From Octopus bimaculoides (Eukaryota): a stretch of 38,877 bases of DNA. Shown in pieces: positions 12,030 to 22,782 of the stretch. The notes beneath the pieces are model-generated. The model saw nothing but the letters and a program-made list of their open reading frames with translations, ran no database searches and was not told where the DNA came from. Positions within the stretch are counted from its first letter, which is position 1. Each line of letters opens with the position of its first letter. The position numbers and the translations under genes are program-made. Location: positions 9,482,417-9,521,293 of the forward strand of contig NC_068994.1 of the NCBI RefSeq assembly GCF_001194135.2, given 5' to 3'.

Positions 12030-12281
12030 TGTATTACTGTATGTCACTGTATGCACGGCTGGAGTCACAATGCGCCTCCCCACATTTCCATTTTCGATTC
12101 ATGCTATTTCGCAGGTTAGGCGTACAAGCCCACACAACCCTATGAACAGGATGCCAGTCCCTCACAGTATAGAGGACTAAATAAATGTGAAATGAAGTGA
12201 TGCGCTCGAGAATACCATGCACCATCTGGTATGGAAAACGAGACGACAACTTAGGATCCTGAGTGCAACGCCTTAATCACT
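12030..12281 (-). mobile_element. tRNA-derived CORE-like SINE (family B-related), degraded
   Basis: Minus strand agtgattaaggcgttgcactcaggatcctaag (tRNA-like head remnant), then ggtattctcgagcgcatcacttcatttcac, similar to the CORE-like block at 5131-5164. Confidence 0.55.
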
Positions 12282-12397
12282 TTCTCTCCCTCTCTCTCCT
12301 TTTCTCTCTCACCCTCCCGCCTTCTGTTCTTTTTCGTCTCACTCGCTGTATGTATATGAGTGTCTGTGTGTGTGCATACATGCATAAATACATGTAA

Positions 12398-12433
<36 letters not shown>

Positions 12434-12434
<1 letters not shown>

Positions 12435-12510
12435 GGTCTCTTTCTTTCTTTTGTTGTCTTTGCTTATCTATTTATTGATAGGAAGGACAACAAAAGAGAG
12501 AAAGAGACCT
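12434..12510 (+). other. 77-nt near-perfect hairpin: 34 bp, 3 G:U wobbles, one bulged G, 8-nt loop
   Basis: Left arm aggtctctttctttcttttgttgtctttgcttatc (12434-12468) pairs with right arm gataggaaggacaacaaaagagagaaagagacct (12477-12510), checked base by base. Function is unknown. Confidence 0.85.
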
Positions 12511-12814
12511 AGGCCACTCGTTTCAGCGAAAATGTATGACGATATTTTAGTACTAGCATTTTACTAAGTAACACATTGCCTGTATTGCATAGGATGTGTC
12601 GTCTGATTACCATTGAAATCTCCTGCATACCTTGAATAAACCTAGGTCACATAGTACCATTACACTCGAGGAATTAACACAGAGAGATACACACATATAT
12701 TCACGCACATTTATACATTTAAAATCATGCATATACAAATACATACATATAGGGGTTGTGTGTTGGCGTGTGCGTATAAATATATATACATATATGATCG
12801 GCCATTATTATGAT

Positions 12815-13004
12815 TGACCGTTGACTGAACACTATTCAATTTTTTTTTCTCCGTGTTTTTCTCCTTGTCTCCGTATTCTTTCTGTTGAAGAGCGTAGCTC
12901 GAAACGTCAGAGACTTTCCGTATTCCCGAGCGTCATACTAATATATACTTTTGTTATTTACACCACCTGTCCTCGTCTGTTGTTATTATTTGTATATTCT
13001 CCCA
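12815..13004 (+). mobile_element. Putative Penelope-like element terminal repeat (pLTR) fragment carrying a hammerhead motif and abutting (TA)n
   Basis: Contains the minimal hammerhead variant at 12877-12913 and ends (...attctccc) directly at a (TA)n tract starting near 13005. No RT or GIY-YIG ORF is seen, and the 5' boundary is a guess. Confidence 0.55.
12877..12913 (+). ncRNA. Minimal type I hammerhead ribozyme, non-canonical core (CUGUUGA, A6U)
   Basis: Stem I UCUUU (12877-81)/AGAGA (12909-13); core CUGUUGA-A (12882-89); stem II GAGC-gua-GCUC (12890-900); GAAA (12901-04); palindromic ACGU helix III; GUC triplet at 12906-08. Confidence 0.65.
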
Positions 13005-13351
13005 TATATATATATATATATATAGTATGTATGTATATGTATATATAATTTACGCCCGCATATATTTGTATGAGAATGTGTCTTTCGTAATCAAGCTTAA
13101 GATCGTAGTTCTTTTCTGCTGATAAAACAATATTCAGGATTCAAAATCTGTCCCACATGGAATTCAGATGGTTCTGAGGAAGATCTATATGTTTGCGACT
13201 GTTTGATCAGAATGGCGAGTACTCTCGTCTCATGTCAGACTAGTATGCATTGCTTTGCTTTCTCTGGATTAAATGTAATCACTAGGATTGTTATAATCTT
13301 GACTTATTTCCTCACAAATAATCAGAATAGAAATTGCGTACGTGGAGACAT

Positions 13352-13355
13352 ACAC

Positions 13356-13421
<66 letters not shown>

Positions 13422-13469
13422 NNNNNNNNNNNNNNNNNNNNNNNNNNNNNNNNNNNNNNNNNNNNNNNN

Positions 13470-13504
<35 letters not shown>
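13352..13504. repeat. (CA)n, gap (N 13422-13469), (TA)n
   Basis: Direct reading. Confidence 0.95.
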
Positions 13505-13508
<4 letters not shown>

Positions 13509-13939
13509 TACGCAGAGTGAATGAAAGAGAGAAAAAGATGTACCAAGATAGATAATCATTATACAAACATTGACAGAGTGAGAGGGAGAGCAACGTAGAG
13601 AGATATAAAGTTAAGGAGAAAGCGAACGAGCAACTAGGTTTGGGTATCATACAAGAATTGGGTAATAACCAGCGGATGTTGGCTAGAATTAGAAATGACA
13701 GTGTAGAATGCAGTGAAAGCTGGACAGTACAGTTAATAGCGATTTAGTGCGTTTGAGATAATATAACAATGTTGGGTCTTCTCGATGACAACTATATCTT
13801 TCTCACAATCTATTTAGTAATCCTTCACATTTGCGAATAACTGTCTCCCTCTCCTCCTCTCTCTGCCTCTCTGTCTCTCTATGCCTCTCTCTCTTTCTCA
13901 GTATTTAGTGAGCATACATATAGATATATAAGCAGCTAG

Positions 13940-13973
<34 letters not shown>

Positions 13974-14422
13974 NNNNNNNNNNNNNNNNNNNNNNNNNNN
14001 NNNNNNNNNNNNNNNNNNNNNNNNNNNNNNNNNNNNNNNNNNNNNNNNNNNNNNNNNNNNNNNNNNNNNNNNNNNNNNNNNNNNNNNNNNNNNNNNNNNN
14101 NNNNNNNNNNNNNNNNNNNNNNNNNNNNNNNNNNNNNNNNNNNNNNNNNNNNNNNNNNNNNNNNNNNNNNNNNNNNNNNNNNNNNNNNNNNNNNNNNNNN
14201 NNNNNNNNNNNNNNNNNNNNNNNNNNNNNNNNNNNNNNNNNNNNNNNNNNNNNNNNNNNNNNNNNNNNNNNNNNNNNNNNNNNNNNNNNNNNNNNNNNNN
14301 NNNNNNNNNNNNNNNNNNNNNNNNNNNNNNNNNNNNNNNNNNNNNNNNNNNNNNNNNNNNNNNNNNNNNNNNNNNNNNNNNNNNNNNNNNNNNNNNNNNN
14401 NNNNNNNNNNNNNNNNNNNNNN
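13974..14422. other. Assembly gap; others at 13422-13469, 15866-15931, 24360-24648, 27972-28548, 32768-32817 and 35567-35710
   Basis: Runs of N, most bordered by (TA)n, (CA)n, (CT)n or poly-A. Confidence 0.99.
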
Positions 14423-14944
14423 AGTGCATGCCATCAAAGTGACACTGGGGTAAAATATACAAAGCCCAATATACCCATCATGACTACCCGTCTGATAAGG
14501 GAACACCAGGCACATGCATCACAACCATATGTGCGCAATATGGTGATCTCATATCAAGATAAACAGCGCATGAACTCGCAGGTGGGGCCCAGTTAGATTT
14601 TCTTTCAGGTCGAGTAATCCATCCCGCTCAAAAGGTCCCTGAATAAGGTTTGTTTAAGGATGTTAAGCAAAACACCCATGTTTCCAAAGGTGAATTATTC
14701 AAACCCCAAAGAACTCCTCTCAACACATGGCTATGATGCTCCCCAACTACTTCTGCTCGTGATCAGAGATGCACATATCGTCAGCCACCAAGGGACATGC
14801 TCAACTGGTTAAGGTCAAACAACTGAGAAGCAAATCTCTGGTTATTAAGCAGAATATTTGCTGTACCCCATCTTTTATACCAAGACAAAACAACGTACAT
14901 GATAACACTTCCAATTAATTAAGATCAGAAATCATGAAAGCCAC
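14423..14944 (-). mobile_element. Unclassified ~560-bp interspersed repeat, copy 1 (3' end runs into a gap)
   Basis: Reverse complement of 19888-20446, roughly 85% identical by eye, with the shared perfect block gatcagagatgcacatatcgtcagccaccaagggacatgctcaactggtta. Strand is defined relative to copy 2. Confidence 0.85.
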
Positions 14945-15996
14945 ATATATATATCGAAGTGTGAGTGAGTGAGTGTGTGAAACACAAGTACATAAGTACG
15001 TGTACTTTATTTCTTAATCTGTCACGACTTTTCGTTTTGATGTATGAGGTATTTACCGCTTGTTTACAATTCATGGATTTTTGGGGAAATGACTTATTGA
15101 CACAAAAATACTGCGTAAAATATTTTCAACAAGAGATAAAATAATATTTCTTTAACCCGAACTTAACTAATATTTACCAATTTTTGATTGTTTAATGTTT
15201 ACATTTTCTGAATTATATATGTTTGCAGTTTTTCGTATTGTTCTTTCTGTCACATTTGTTTTTCCTGTGTGTCGTTCTTCTTTTTTCCGTTCAGTTTCAT
15301 ATAAGCTTATTTTTTGGCGATTGCTTTCTTTGTCGTTTTTAAGCTCTGATTCTTTTTCGCTGTTATTATGATTATTGTTAGTCTTATCCATTTATTTTTA
15401 TTGTATTTCTTTCTATCTAAATTACTTGGGTTTTTTTTTCTAATTTTCTAATTTGTTATTTATTTACTTAATTATTTTTAGCTTTTTTTTTTCTCGAATA
15501 CAAATGTCCAAACCAAACACACACATACACACACATAAACATACACATACACACGTAAAAAAAAACAACAAATAAATCGCGAGCAAATCCACGAAATCAA
15601 GTTTTGATGTATTCATTGGTTTTATTGACAAGAAAATTTAGACTTAACAAGTAAACCGATTTTTCCTTTTTCCTTATTTTGGAGACGTAGGTAGCTACAC
15701 ATAGAGGAAACATTTCATATATATCTATAACTGTGTGTATGCGTGTGTGTATAAACGAATTTATATACGTACATATATACCTAGGTAGAGATATTGATAT
15801 AAAGAATATATATGTATGTATATGTATATATGTTGATATATATACATACATATACATATATATATNNNNNNNNNNNNNNNNNNNNNNNNNNNNNNNNNNN
15901 NNNNNNNNNNNNNNNNNNNNNNNNNNNNNNNTATATACGTAATGATATTGATATAAAGTATATATGCATGTATATATATAAATATGTGTGTGTTGG

Positions 15997-16033
<37 letters not shown>

Positions 16034-17551
16034 GTATATATACATCTGTGTTAGTTAGGGGTTGAGAAACCAACTAAGGGATAGTAACTATCCAATATAC
16101 TGCTGGTAGTGTACCCAATTGTTCATCCCTATGTGCAAGTTATTGCGTGGCAATCTCGCAACTGAGTGTCATATATGGGCGGAGGTAAACAGTGGCTTAC
16201 CCTTGATCTATATGGCTTCACGATTACAACGATTAATAAGATACAATGGAAGATATTTTGATGAATAAAAGCTTTTCGTATGTAATTTATTAAACTATTA
16301 ATTAAATCTTGAAATACGAAAGAAGTAAAAGTATGTCTGTTAAATAATTGAGTATTAAGAAAATCAATGTGAAATCGATATATTCATTTAATCTTCGTGA
16401 CTATAAAACTAAATGTTCAAAACGCCCACATGCAACAAGGGGCAAGATGTAAATCAATTATAATGTATGATAATTATTTTCTGAACACTGACAAATAGAT
16501 ATATGAAATTTCACTGCATCTCATTCACAGTGAACGAAATCTATATCAGCTCTTTTAAACGAAATTTTCTTATGTAGCTGTTATGCTTCCTGGGAATTTA
16601 AAACTAGAAAATTCGGTGGTGTACTTATACAGACGTACTTATAATGCACTTAAAGGTAGAGAAATTCTGGAGCAATATAATTATTTGACCAATTGAGCTC
16701 TTATACGTTGTGGACAAGATGATTAATTCGCTTGTGCCAAGAAAGATATTTATCGTAAAGGAAATATGATATGAACGCCGTGTAAATGTAGATACAAAGA
16801 AAATTATATCAGAAGTTGACAATACGTGAACAATAATTCATATTTAATCAAAACTATCATTGAAAGATTTCTTCATTTATCAATTCGCCCATTAATCCGT
16901 TCATTTAGTCATTCCTCAAAGAATCTGTGTCGTCATCATATATTTTGCGAGTGTTGGGAGAACGACTAACTGCTGCTATACTCATCACTTATTTCTACAC
17001 GTGACACAGTGGAACGGAAACACTCGTTTATCAATATTGCACCATAATTTCACGCATTACTGCTGATTGTAGATTGTGATAAGTACAATAGTAGAATTTA
17101 CGACGTCCGTACAAGATAGATTATTTTGTCGATAATTAACTTTATTGAATATACGCAAAATGTTCTCAATGGCGCACGTATACATAGAACGGAACTTCGA
17201 GATTTATGCTAGTTATTTTTATTATCATGGCAAATGTGTCACATATTGGTTTCTTTGAAGTATATCGAGATCAATATTATTTAACAGGTCAGCTATTTGT
17301 TTAATAATTTAATTAACATTGCATTTGTTGTATTACCTGGTATTTATCAGTTTACGATATTCCACTATTTCGTAAAAGATGCCTGAATTGATAATCGAAC
17401 ATGTAATGCAAGTGCAGAGAAATATATAGAAAATTATATAATCTATCTATCTATCTATTGATCGATCGATCTATCTATCTCTCTATCTATACATGCATAC
17501 ATATAAACATACATACATATATATGTATGTATTTATACATTCATATATATG

Positions 17552-17586
<35 letters not shown>

Positions 17587-18085
17587 GCACACATATACAT
17601 ACATACATAATTACAATTATATATTTGCGAGTGCATGTGTATGTGTGTGTCTGTGATCCTGTGCAAACATACACACACGCCAAATGACACACTCATACAC
17701 AGATACGTTTAATGTGTAATAGAATCTTACTATAAGAAAACTCATACAAGCCGCAGAAAAGCTTGACGGTATGCAAAGGTTAAATCGATAGGCATATTCT
17801 AATACCCAATTTCGATCTTATCAACTTATTTTCGCTTTCAATTTTTTTTTGGATTTTGACTGAATTTTGTTTTGTTCCGCTTTTCCAATTTCAAATTTTG
17901 ATTAAATAATCTTCGGATGGAAATTATGTTGAAAACGCAAATTCACATCGAATTCAAAATGCAATACATTTTACAAGAATTTTTTTTTTCTGACTGCTGA
18001 AATCAGCAGATCTTTGCAGAAAATGCTTTGCAGTAATTACGGGGTTTTTTGGCATTCGCATTTCTATATATTCTTTTACTAACAA

Positions 18086-18267
18086 AATTGTTGGCACGCC
18101 GGTCGAAATGCTTAACGTTCTGAGTTCAAATTCTGCTGAGGTCGACTTTGCATTCCATCCCTTTGGGGGCTGATAAATCAAGTATCAGTTCCGTACTGGG
18201 ATCGATCTAATCGACTGGCCCCTCCTCAAAAATATCGGGCCTTATGCCTAGAGTAGAAAAGAATATA
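18086..18267 (+). mobile_element. SINE family A, internally deleted
   Basis: gcacgccggtcgaaatgctt / acgttctgagttcaaattctgctgaggtcgactttgc ... gcctagagtagaaaagaatat. Confidence 0.85.
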
Positions 18268-18279
18268 TCTTTTTACCAA

Positions 18280-18489
18280 GGCAGTGAGCTGGCAGAAACG
18301 TTAGCACGTCGGACGAACTGATTACCGGTATTTCGTTTGTCTTTACGTTCTGAGTTCAAATTCTGCCGAGGTCGACTTTGCTTTTTAACCTTTGGAGGTT
18401 GATAAATTAAGTACCAGTTGCTTACTAATCTAATCGACTGCCCCTCCCCTAAAATTTGGGGCCTTATACCTAGAGTAGAAATAATATAT
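18280..18489 (+). mobile_element. SINE family A, near full length
   Basis: gagctggcagaaacgttagcacg ... gttctgagttcaaattctgccgaggtcgactttg ... gataaattaagtaccag ... cctagagtagaaataatat. Confidence 0.88.
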
Positions 18490-18630
18490 TCTTTTATTTG
18501 TTTCAGCCAGTTGACCGCGGCCATGCTGGAATACCACCTTTAGTCGAGCAAATCAATCCCAGGTCTTATTCTCTCTAAGCCTAGTACTTATTCTATCGGT
18601 TCTTGTGCCGAACAGCTAAGTTACCGAAAA
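18490..18630 (-). mobile_element. 3' fragment of a third SINE-like family (family C)
   Basis: Minus strand end catggccgcggtcaactggctgaaacaaataaaag matches the plus strand at 33687-33720 (gaccgcagccacttggctgaaacacataaa); resembles an abundant octopus repeat from memory. Confidence 0.65.
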
Positions 18631-18679
18631 CATCGAAAACTACCTTAGAGGTGAGACCCCAGGTTCGAAATTTCCTCAA

Positions 18680-18725
18680 GACACCTGATGAAGGCTGGAG
18701 GGTATATCAGCCGAAACGTTGTGTT
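18680..18725 (+). ncRNA. Minimal type I hammerhead ribozyme, canonical CUGAUGA...GAAA core
   Basis: Stem I GACAC (18680-84)/GUGUU (18721-25); CUGAUGA-A (18685-92); stem II GGCUG (18693-97)/CAGCC (18708-12) with a 10-nt loop; GAAA (18713-16); palindromic ACGU helix III; GUU triplet at 18718-20. Confidence 0.8.
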
Positions 18726-19788
18726 AACAACAAACAAGATAACGACAAACTTCGTTTATCTTACTTTTGAAAAATGAAAGAAGTATAAAAAAAACGCAAT
18801 ATTTATGAGATGACCCAATATATATGTACATGAATAAATATATAATACATATTATAAATAAATAGTTAAATAAATGTTTATAAGAATGTATGCACTGTAT
18901 ATCTATGCGTATATTAACACACAATAGGTTACCTTCATCGAAAATCTAGGCTACAAATTCATTGTGCTGCCTCTTCATCTATAAATAAAAGATAAATTTT
19001 CTAATCTCACTTTTGTATAATTACATACGGACATATTTCAAGCATACACATACATGCAAGCATACTTAATACATACATATATGTATGCAGACATATATAC
19101 ATATATGTGTGTTTGTGTCTGTGTTAGTTTGTTCGTGTTTGTGTTTATGTGTGTATGTGTTTGTACGTGTTGGTCCGTATAATTGTTTATCACATCCATA
19201 CCTTTGTTATATATGTGCGTAGATGTGTGTAAAATGCATATTCATCAATTATTTATCGTAATCGTTATTTGTGTAGCCTTTCCTTATTCTGTCTGTCTCC
19301 ATTTGTTTATGTTAATCTTCATCTAAAATAAATACTATCTATTGCTCATAGTTCGCAATGCCATCCCCAGCAATTCAACAGATGTTGCACTGCGGATTTG
19401 TGTGCAATTATTATCTTCAATTTGACGTCATCAATGTGTGGCGCCACGTGTTTAATATTGACTTTGTAATACAATGGCTGCTAAAAGATTTCTTTGTTTC
19501 TTTTTGTAAAAATCACTTTGGAGTTAAAAATGGGCGACACTGACTACATGAAAAAAAGGAAAAACAACAATTAAATAGAACCGTCTCACAGACATACACA
19601 GACATACACGTGTGCATTCCGTCATATACAAAACAAATATGAGAGACAAGATAAAAAGAAAACGATATCCACACAAACCCTTATAAAAGTACATCCGTGT
19701 AGCTGAAGTAACTTGAAGACTGGTGGAGCAAATATATATTTGATATATTAAAAAAATCATGTACGTTCGAATGCATGCGTGGAGACAA

Positions 19789-19871
<83 letters not shown>

Positions 19872-19884
19872 CAACAACAATAAT
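19789..19884. repeat. (AAT)26(AAC)4(AAT)2 compound microsatellite, left flank of the 560-bp element
   Basis: Counted directly. Confidence 0.95.
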
Positions 19885-19887
19885 AAA

Positions 19888-20444
19888 TACCCTGATGAAG
19901 CACCAGGCAGTGGCTCTCGTGGATTCTGGTCTTAATTGATTGGAAGTGTTATGATGTACATGATGTTTTGTCTTGGTATAAAAGATGGGCTACAGCAAAT
20001 AGTCTGCTCAATACCACAGATTTGCTTGTCAGTTGTTTGACTTTAACCAGTTGAGCATGTCCCTTGGTGGCTGACGATATGTGCATCTCTGATCATGAGC
20101 AGAAGTAGTGGGGGAGCACCATAGCCATGTGTTGAGAGAAATTCTTTGCGGTTTGAATAATTCACCTTTGAAAACATGGTTGTTTCATTCAACATCCTTA
20201 AACAACCCTCATTCGAAGACCATTTGAGCGGGATGAGCTATTCGACGTGAAGAAATTTCTAACTGGCTCTCCACCTGCGAGGTCATGCGCTGTTTATCTT
20301 GATATGATATCACTACATCACGCACATATGGTTGAGATGCATGTTCCTGATGTACCTTTATCAGTCGAGTAGTCATGATGGGTATATTGGGCGGCGTATA
20401 TTTTACCTAAGTGACACTTTGATGGCATGCACTGCTATCTCACT

Positions 20445-20446
<2 letters not shown>
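19888..20446 (+). mobile_element. Unclassified ~560-bp interspersed repeat, copy 2 (apparently complete), embedded in (AAT)n
   Basis: Inverted homolog of 14423-14944; non-coding; contains TATAAAAG near 19977; flanked on both sides by (AAT)n(AAC)4. Confidence 0.85.
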
Positions 20447-20448
<2 letters not shown>

Positions 20449-20525
<77 letters not shown>

Positions 20526-20532
20526 CAACAAC
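20449..20532. repeat. (AAT)24(AAC)4 compound microsatellite, right flank of the 560-bp element
   Basis: Counted directly. Confidence 0.95.
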
Positions 20533-20680
20533 ACCAGGCAAAATGCTTAGTGGCATTTGCTCCGTCTCTACGTTCAGAGTTCACATTCCATTGAGATCAA
20601 GTTTGCTTTTCATCCTTTCGGGGTCGATCAATTAATTAATCCAGTCCCTCAAATATTTATCGCCTTGTGCCTAAAGCAGT
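20533..20680 (+). mobile_element. SINE family A, 5'-truncated and internally deleted
   Basis: ccaggcaaaatgcttagtggcattt ... tttgcttttcatcctttcggggtcgat ... gccttgtgccta. Confidence 0.75.
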
Positions 20681-20931
20681 AACGTTTGTTAATACTGCTT
20701 GAAGATATCATATTTCTTTACAGCCCAAACAAACCCATTAATTAGGAGCGGTTGCTAATGAATGGTAACATAGTCTTAAACCACATATTATAGTATAATA
20801 TTGAACCACGTGTATACGAACGATACAAACAAACAAAGATAAAGTTAAAACGGAAAATGTCCAGCAACGGACTATATTAAGATTTCTATTGTGGATGAAA
20901 TATTGATTGCTCGAAAGGCTAGTGTAAATAT

Positions 20932-21125
20932 TGTTGTTGTTCAGTCTCAAGGTCAACCAGACTAATGATCAAAAGAATTCTTATAATCAAAGGAATTCCA
21001 GTCACGAACATCCAATCTTTTTACTATATCTCAGACGATATTCCCCGCTGTTTACTTCCTGCTTTAGTGCAGCAGAATACATTAATTGAGGGATATTTGG
21101 GTGGTAATATTAGAAGACCATCAAA
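20932..21125 (+). repeat. Degraded interspersed repeat following (GTT)n; related fragment at about 31110-31190
   Basis: gtctcaaggtcaaccagactaatgatcaaaag resembles gtctcaggtgaactcggagaagacttacgatcaaag; the similarity is weak and short. Confidence 0.35.
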
Positions 21126-21369
21126 TGATTAGATGCTTCGTCGTCTCCTCATGTTCGTGCAGTTTCGTGATTAGATGTCCAGTAAGAAGTAACTATTAAC
21201 AATGGTTTCAAAATCTATGTCAGATAAGGAATCAAGTGCGTAGAATGAGAAACATTTAAAGTTATATCATATTTATGTGCATGTAAGTGTCGGGTTCAAA
21301 TACTGAATAAAACACGTAAAATATTAACCATCCATTAAAAAAAAAATATATCGTATAGCATTCCAAGGT

Positions 21370-21577
21370 GGCGAGCTGACTGGTTCGTCACCGTGCCAGG
21401 TAAAATGCAGATTGGCATTTCATTTGCCATGACATTCTGAGTTCGAATTCCACCGTGGCTAAATTTACCTCTCATCCTTTCGTGCAAGAGGAAATAATAA
21501 AATGTGGACCATTTGAGTATTCGTTATTGATATAATTTGCTTATCCTTACCACAAGAAATGTCTGGCATAGGGCCTG
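21370..21577 (+). mobile_element. SINE family A, degraded
   Basis: ggcgagctg ... ccaggtaaaatgc ... cattctgagttcgaattccacc ... ctcatcctttcg. Confidence 0.65.
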
Positions 21578-22552
21578 TATATCCTAGCGGTGACCGCATG
21601 AGATCTTGTTACTTCAAGGAGTGACGATAGACTGAAAAATAGTTTCAGGAACTTTTCAGCTCTCCTCGTAATTTTTTATGCGTATATATATACAATATTG
21701 GTTGTTTTCAGTGACCAAGTACTGTGTGCTTTGCTGTGCATTTTAGATCGAATTTACTTTCCTTGATCAACTGAATTAGTTGATTGTTTGTGCACAACAT
21801 ACTGATCAGTTCTAGCCTTTTTTTGTTTCCGTGATTCAAAGAGAACAAAATATACATTATGCTGAAATGTGCGTTTTGCAGTGTTAATATAATTGTAGTG
21901 TTAATATAATTGAAGTTTGCCACAACAAATGCAATTTTCTCTATCAAAGAACTGTGTTCACATTAACATAACCAGCGTTAGCATACAGTATCCATTCACT
22001 TTTCTTAGAATGGGGGAATAGCTTTTGTAATTAACGAATATGACAGTGATGAAGGAGCAATCACACTAATGAAACATTCCAGGATAACGAAATATTTGCA
22101 TGGAGACTATCTGAAGTCAAGTATATTTGCTCAATGTGTTCTGAGGACATTCTTAGAGATTTATTCCTGCCGTACTACCAGACAATCTTGTTGCGGTCAG
22201 ATAAAGCGCATAGTAAATTTCCTGGCAAAAATGTACACAATTCTCTATTGATTTGGCAACATGCTTCGTAGAATATGTTCTATTCTGTTATTAAACTTAC
22301 AGGAATTAAGTTTTCGCAAACTTTCTTCGCACATTACAGACGCGTTTTTTTTTTTCCTTCTACATTCGTGGGAAAGAATATAGAATGTATTTTCACTACA
22401 TGAAATTATAAATCTTACATTTATTCCGTTCAGTGTATAAAGCATATGATGCGATATTATTTCTGTGTATTTTTGAAGGCTTTCATGCATGAGAGGCTTA
22501 CATTGTCGTGTATTAGCTATACGTATCACCCAGAATCGTAAACATAACATCC

Positions 22553-22593
22553 ATCCATATTAGTTTCAATCCATATTAGCTTCAATCCATATT
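22553..22593. repeat. 16-bp tandem repeat (atccatattagYttca, about 2.5 units)
   Basis: Units at 22553, 22569 and a partial unit at 22585. Confidence 0.9.
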
Positions 22594-22782
22594 GGCAACA
22601 ATTTCGTGGGGAGGAATAAGTCGATTATATCAGCCCAAGTACTCAGTTGGTACTTATGTCATCGACCCCGAAAGGATGGCAAATTTCACCTCCGAATCAT
22701 TTGAACACAAACTTAAACTCGGAATAAATGCCGATAGTACAAGAAATTCTGATAGTACAAGAAATTCTGATAGTACATCGCC
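22594..22782 (-). mobile_element. SINE family A, degraded, with an 18-bp tandem duplication in its head
   Basis: gttggtacttatgtcatcgaccccgaaaggatg is the reverse complement of the central block; gatagtacaagaaattct occurs about 2.5 times at 22733-22777. Confidence 0.7.

Noticed and set aside
16045-16240. GC-richer island after (TA)n, possibly another repeat or LINE 3' UTR
   Set aside because: There is no second copy in the window and no diagnostic motif, so it cannot be classified from this sequence alone.
19890-19930. CTGATGA at the start of the 560-bp element as a hammerhead
   Set aside because: No GAAA or helix III follows; there is only a cctg/cagg mini-hairpin.
14423-20446. The two 560-bp copies as TIRs of one 6-kb composite transposon
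   Set aside because: They are about 15% diverged from each other, the interior is an ordinary mix of SINEs and microsatellites with no transposase, and no shared TSD is visible (the left end is in a gap). Independent insertions are simpler.
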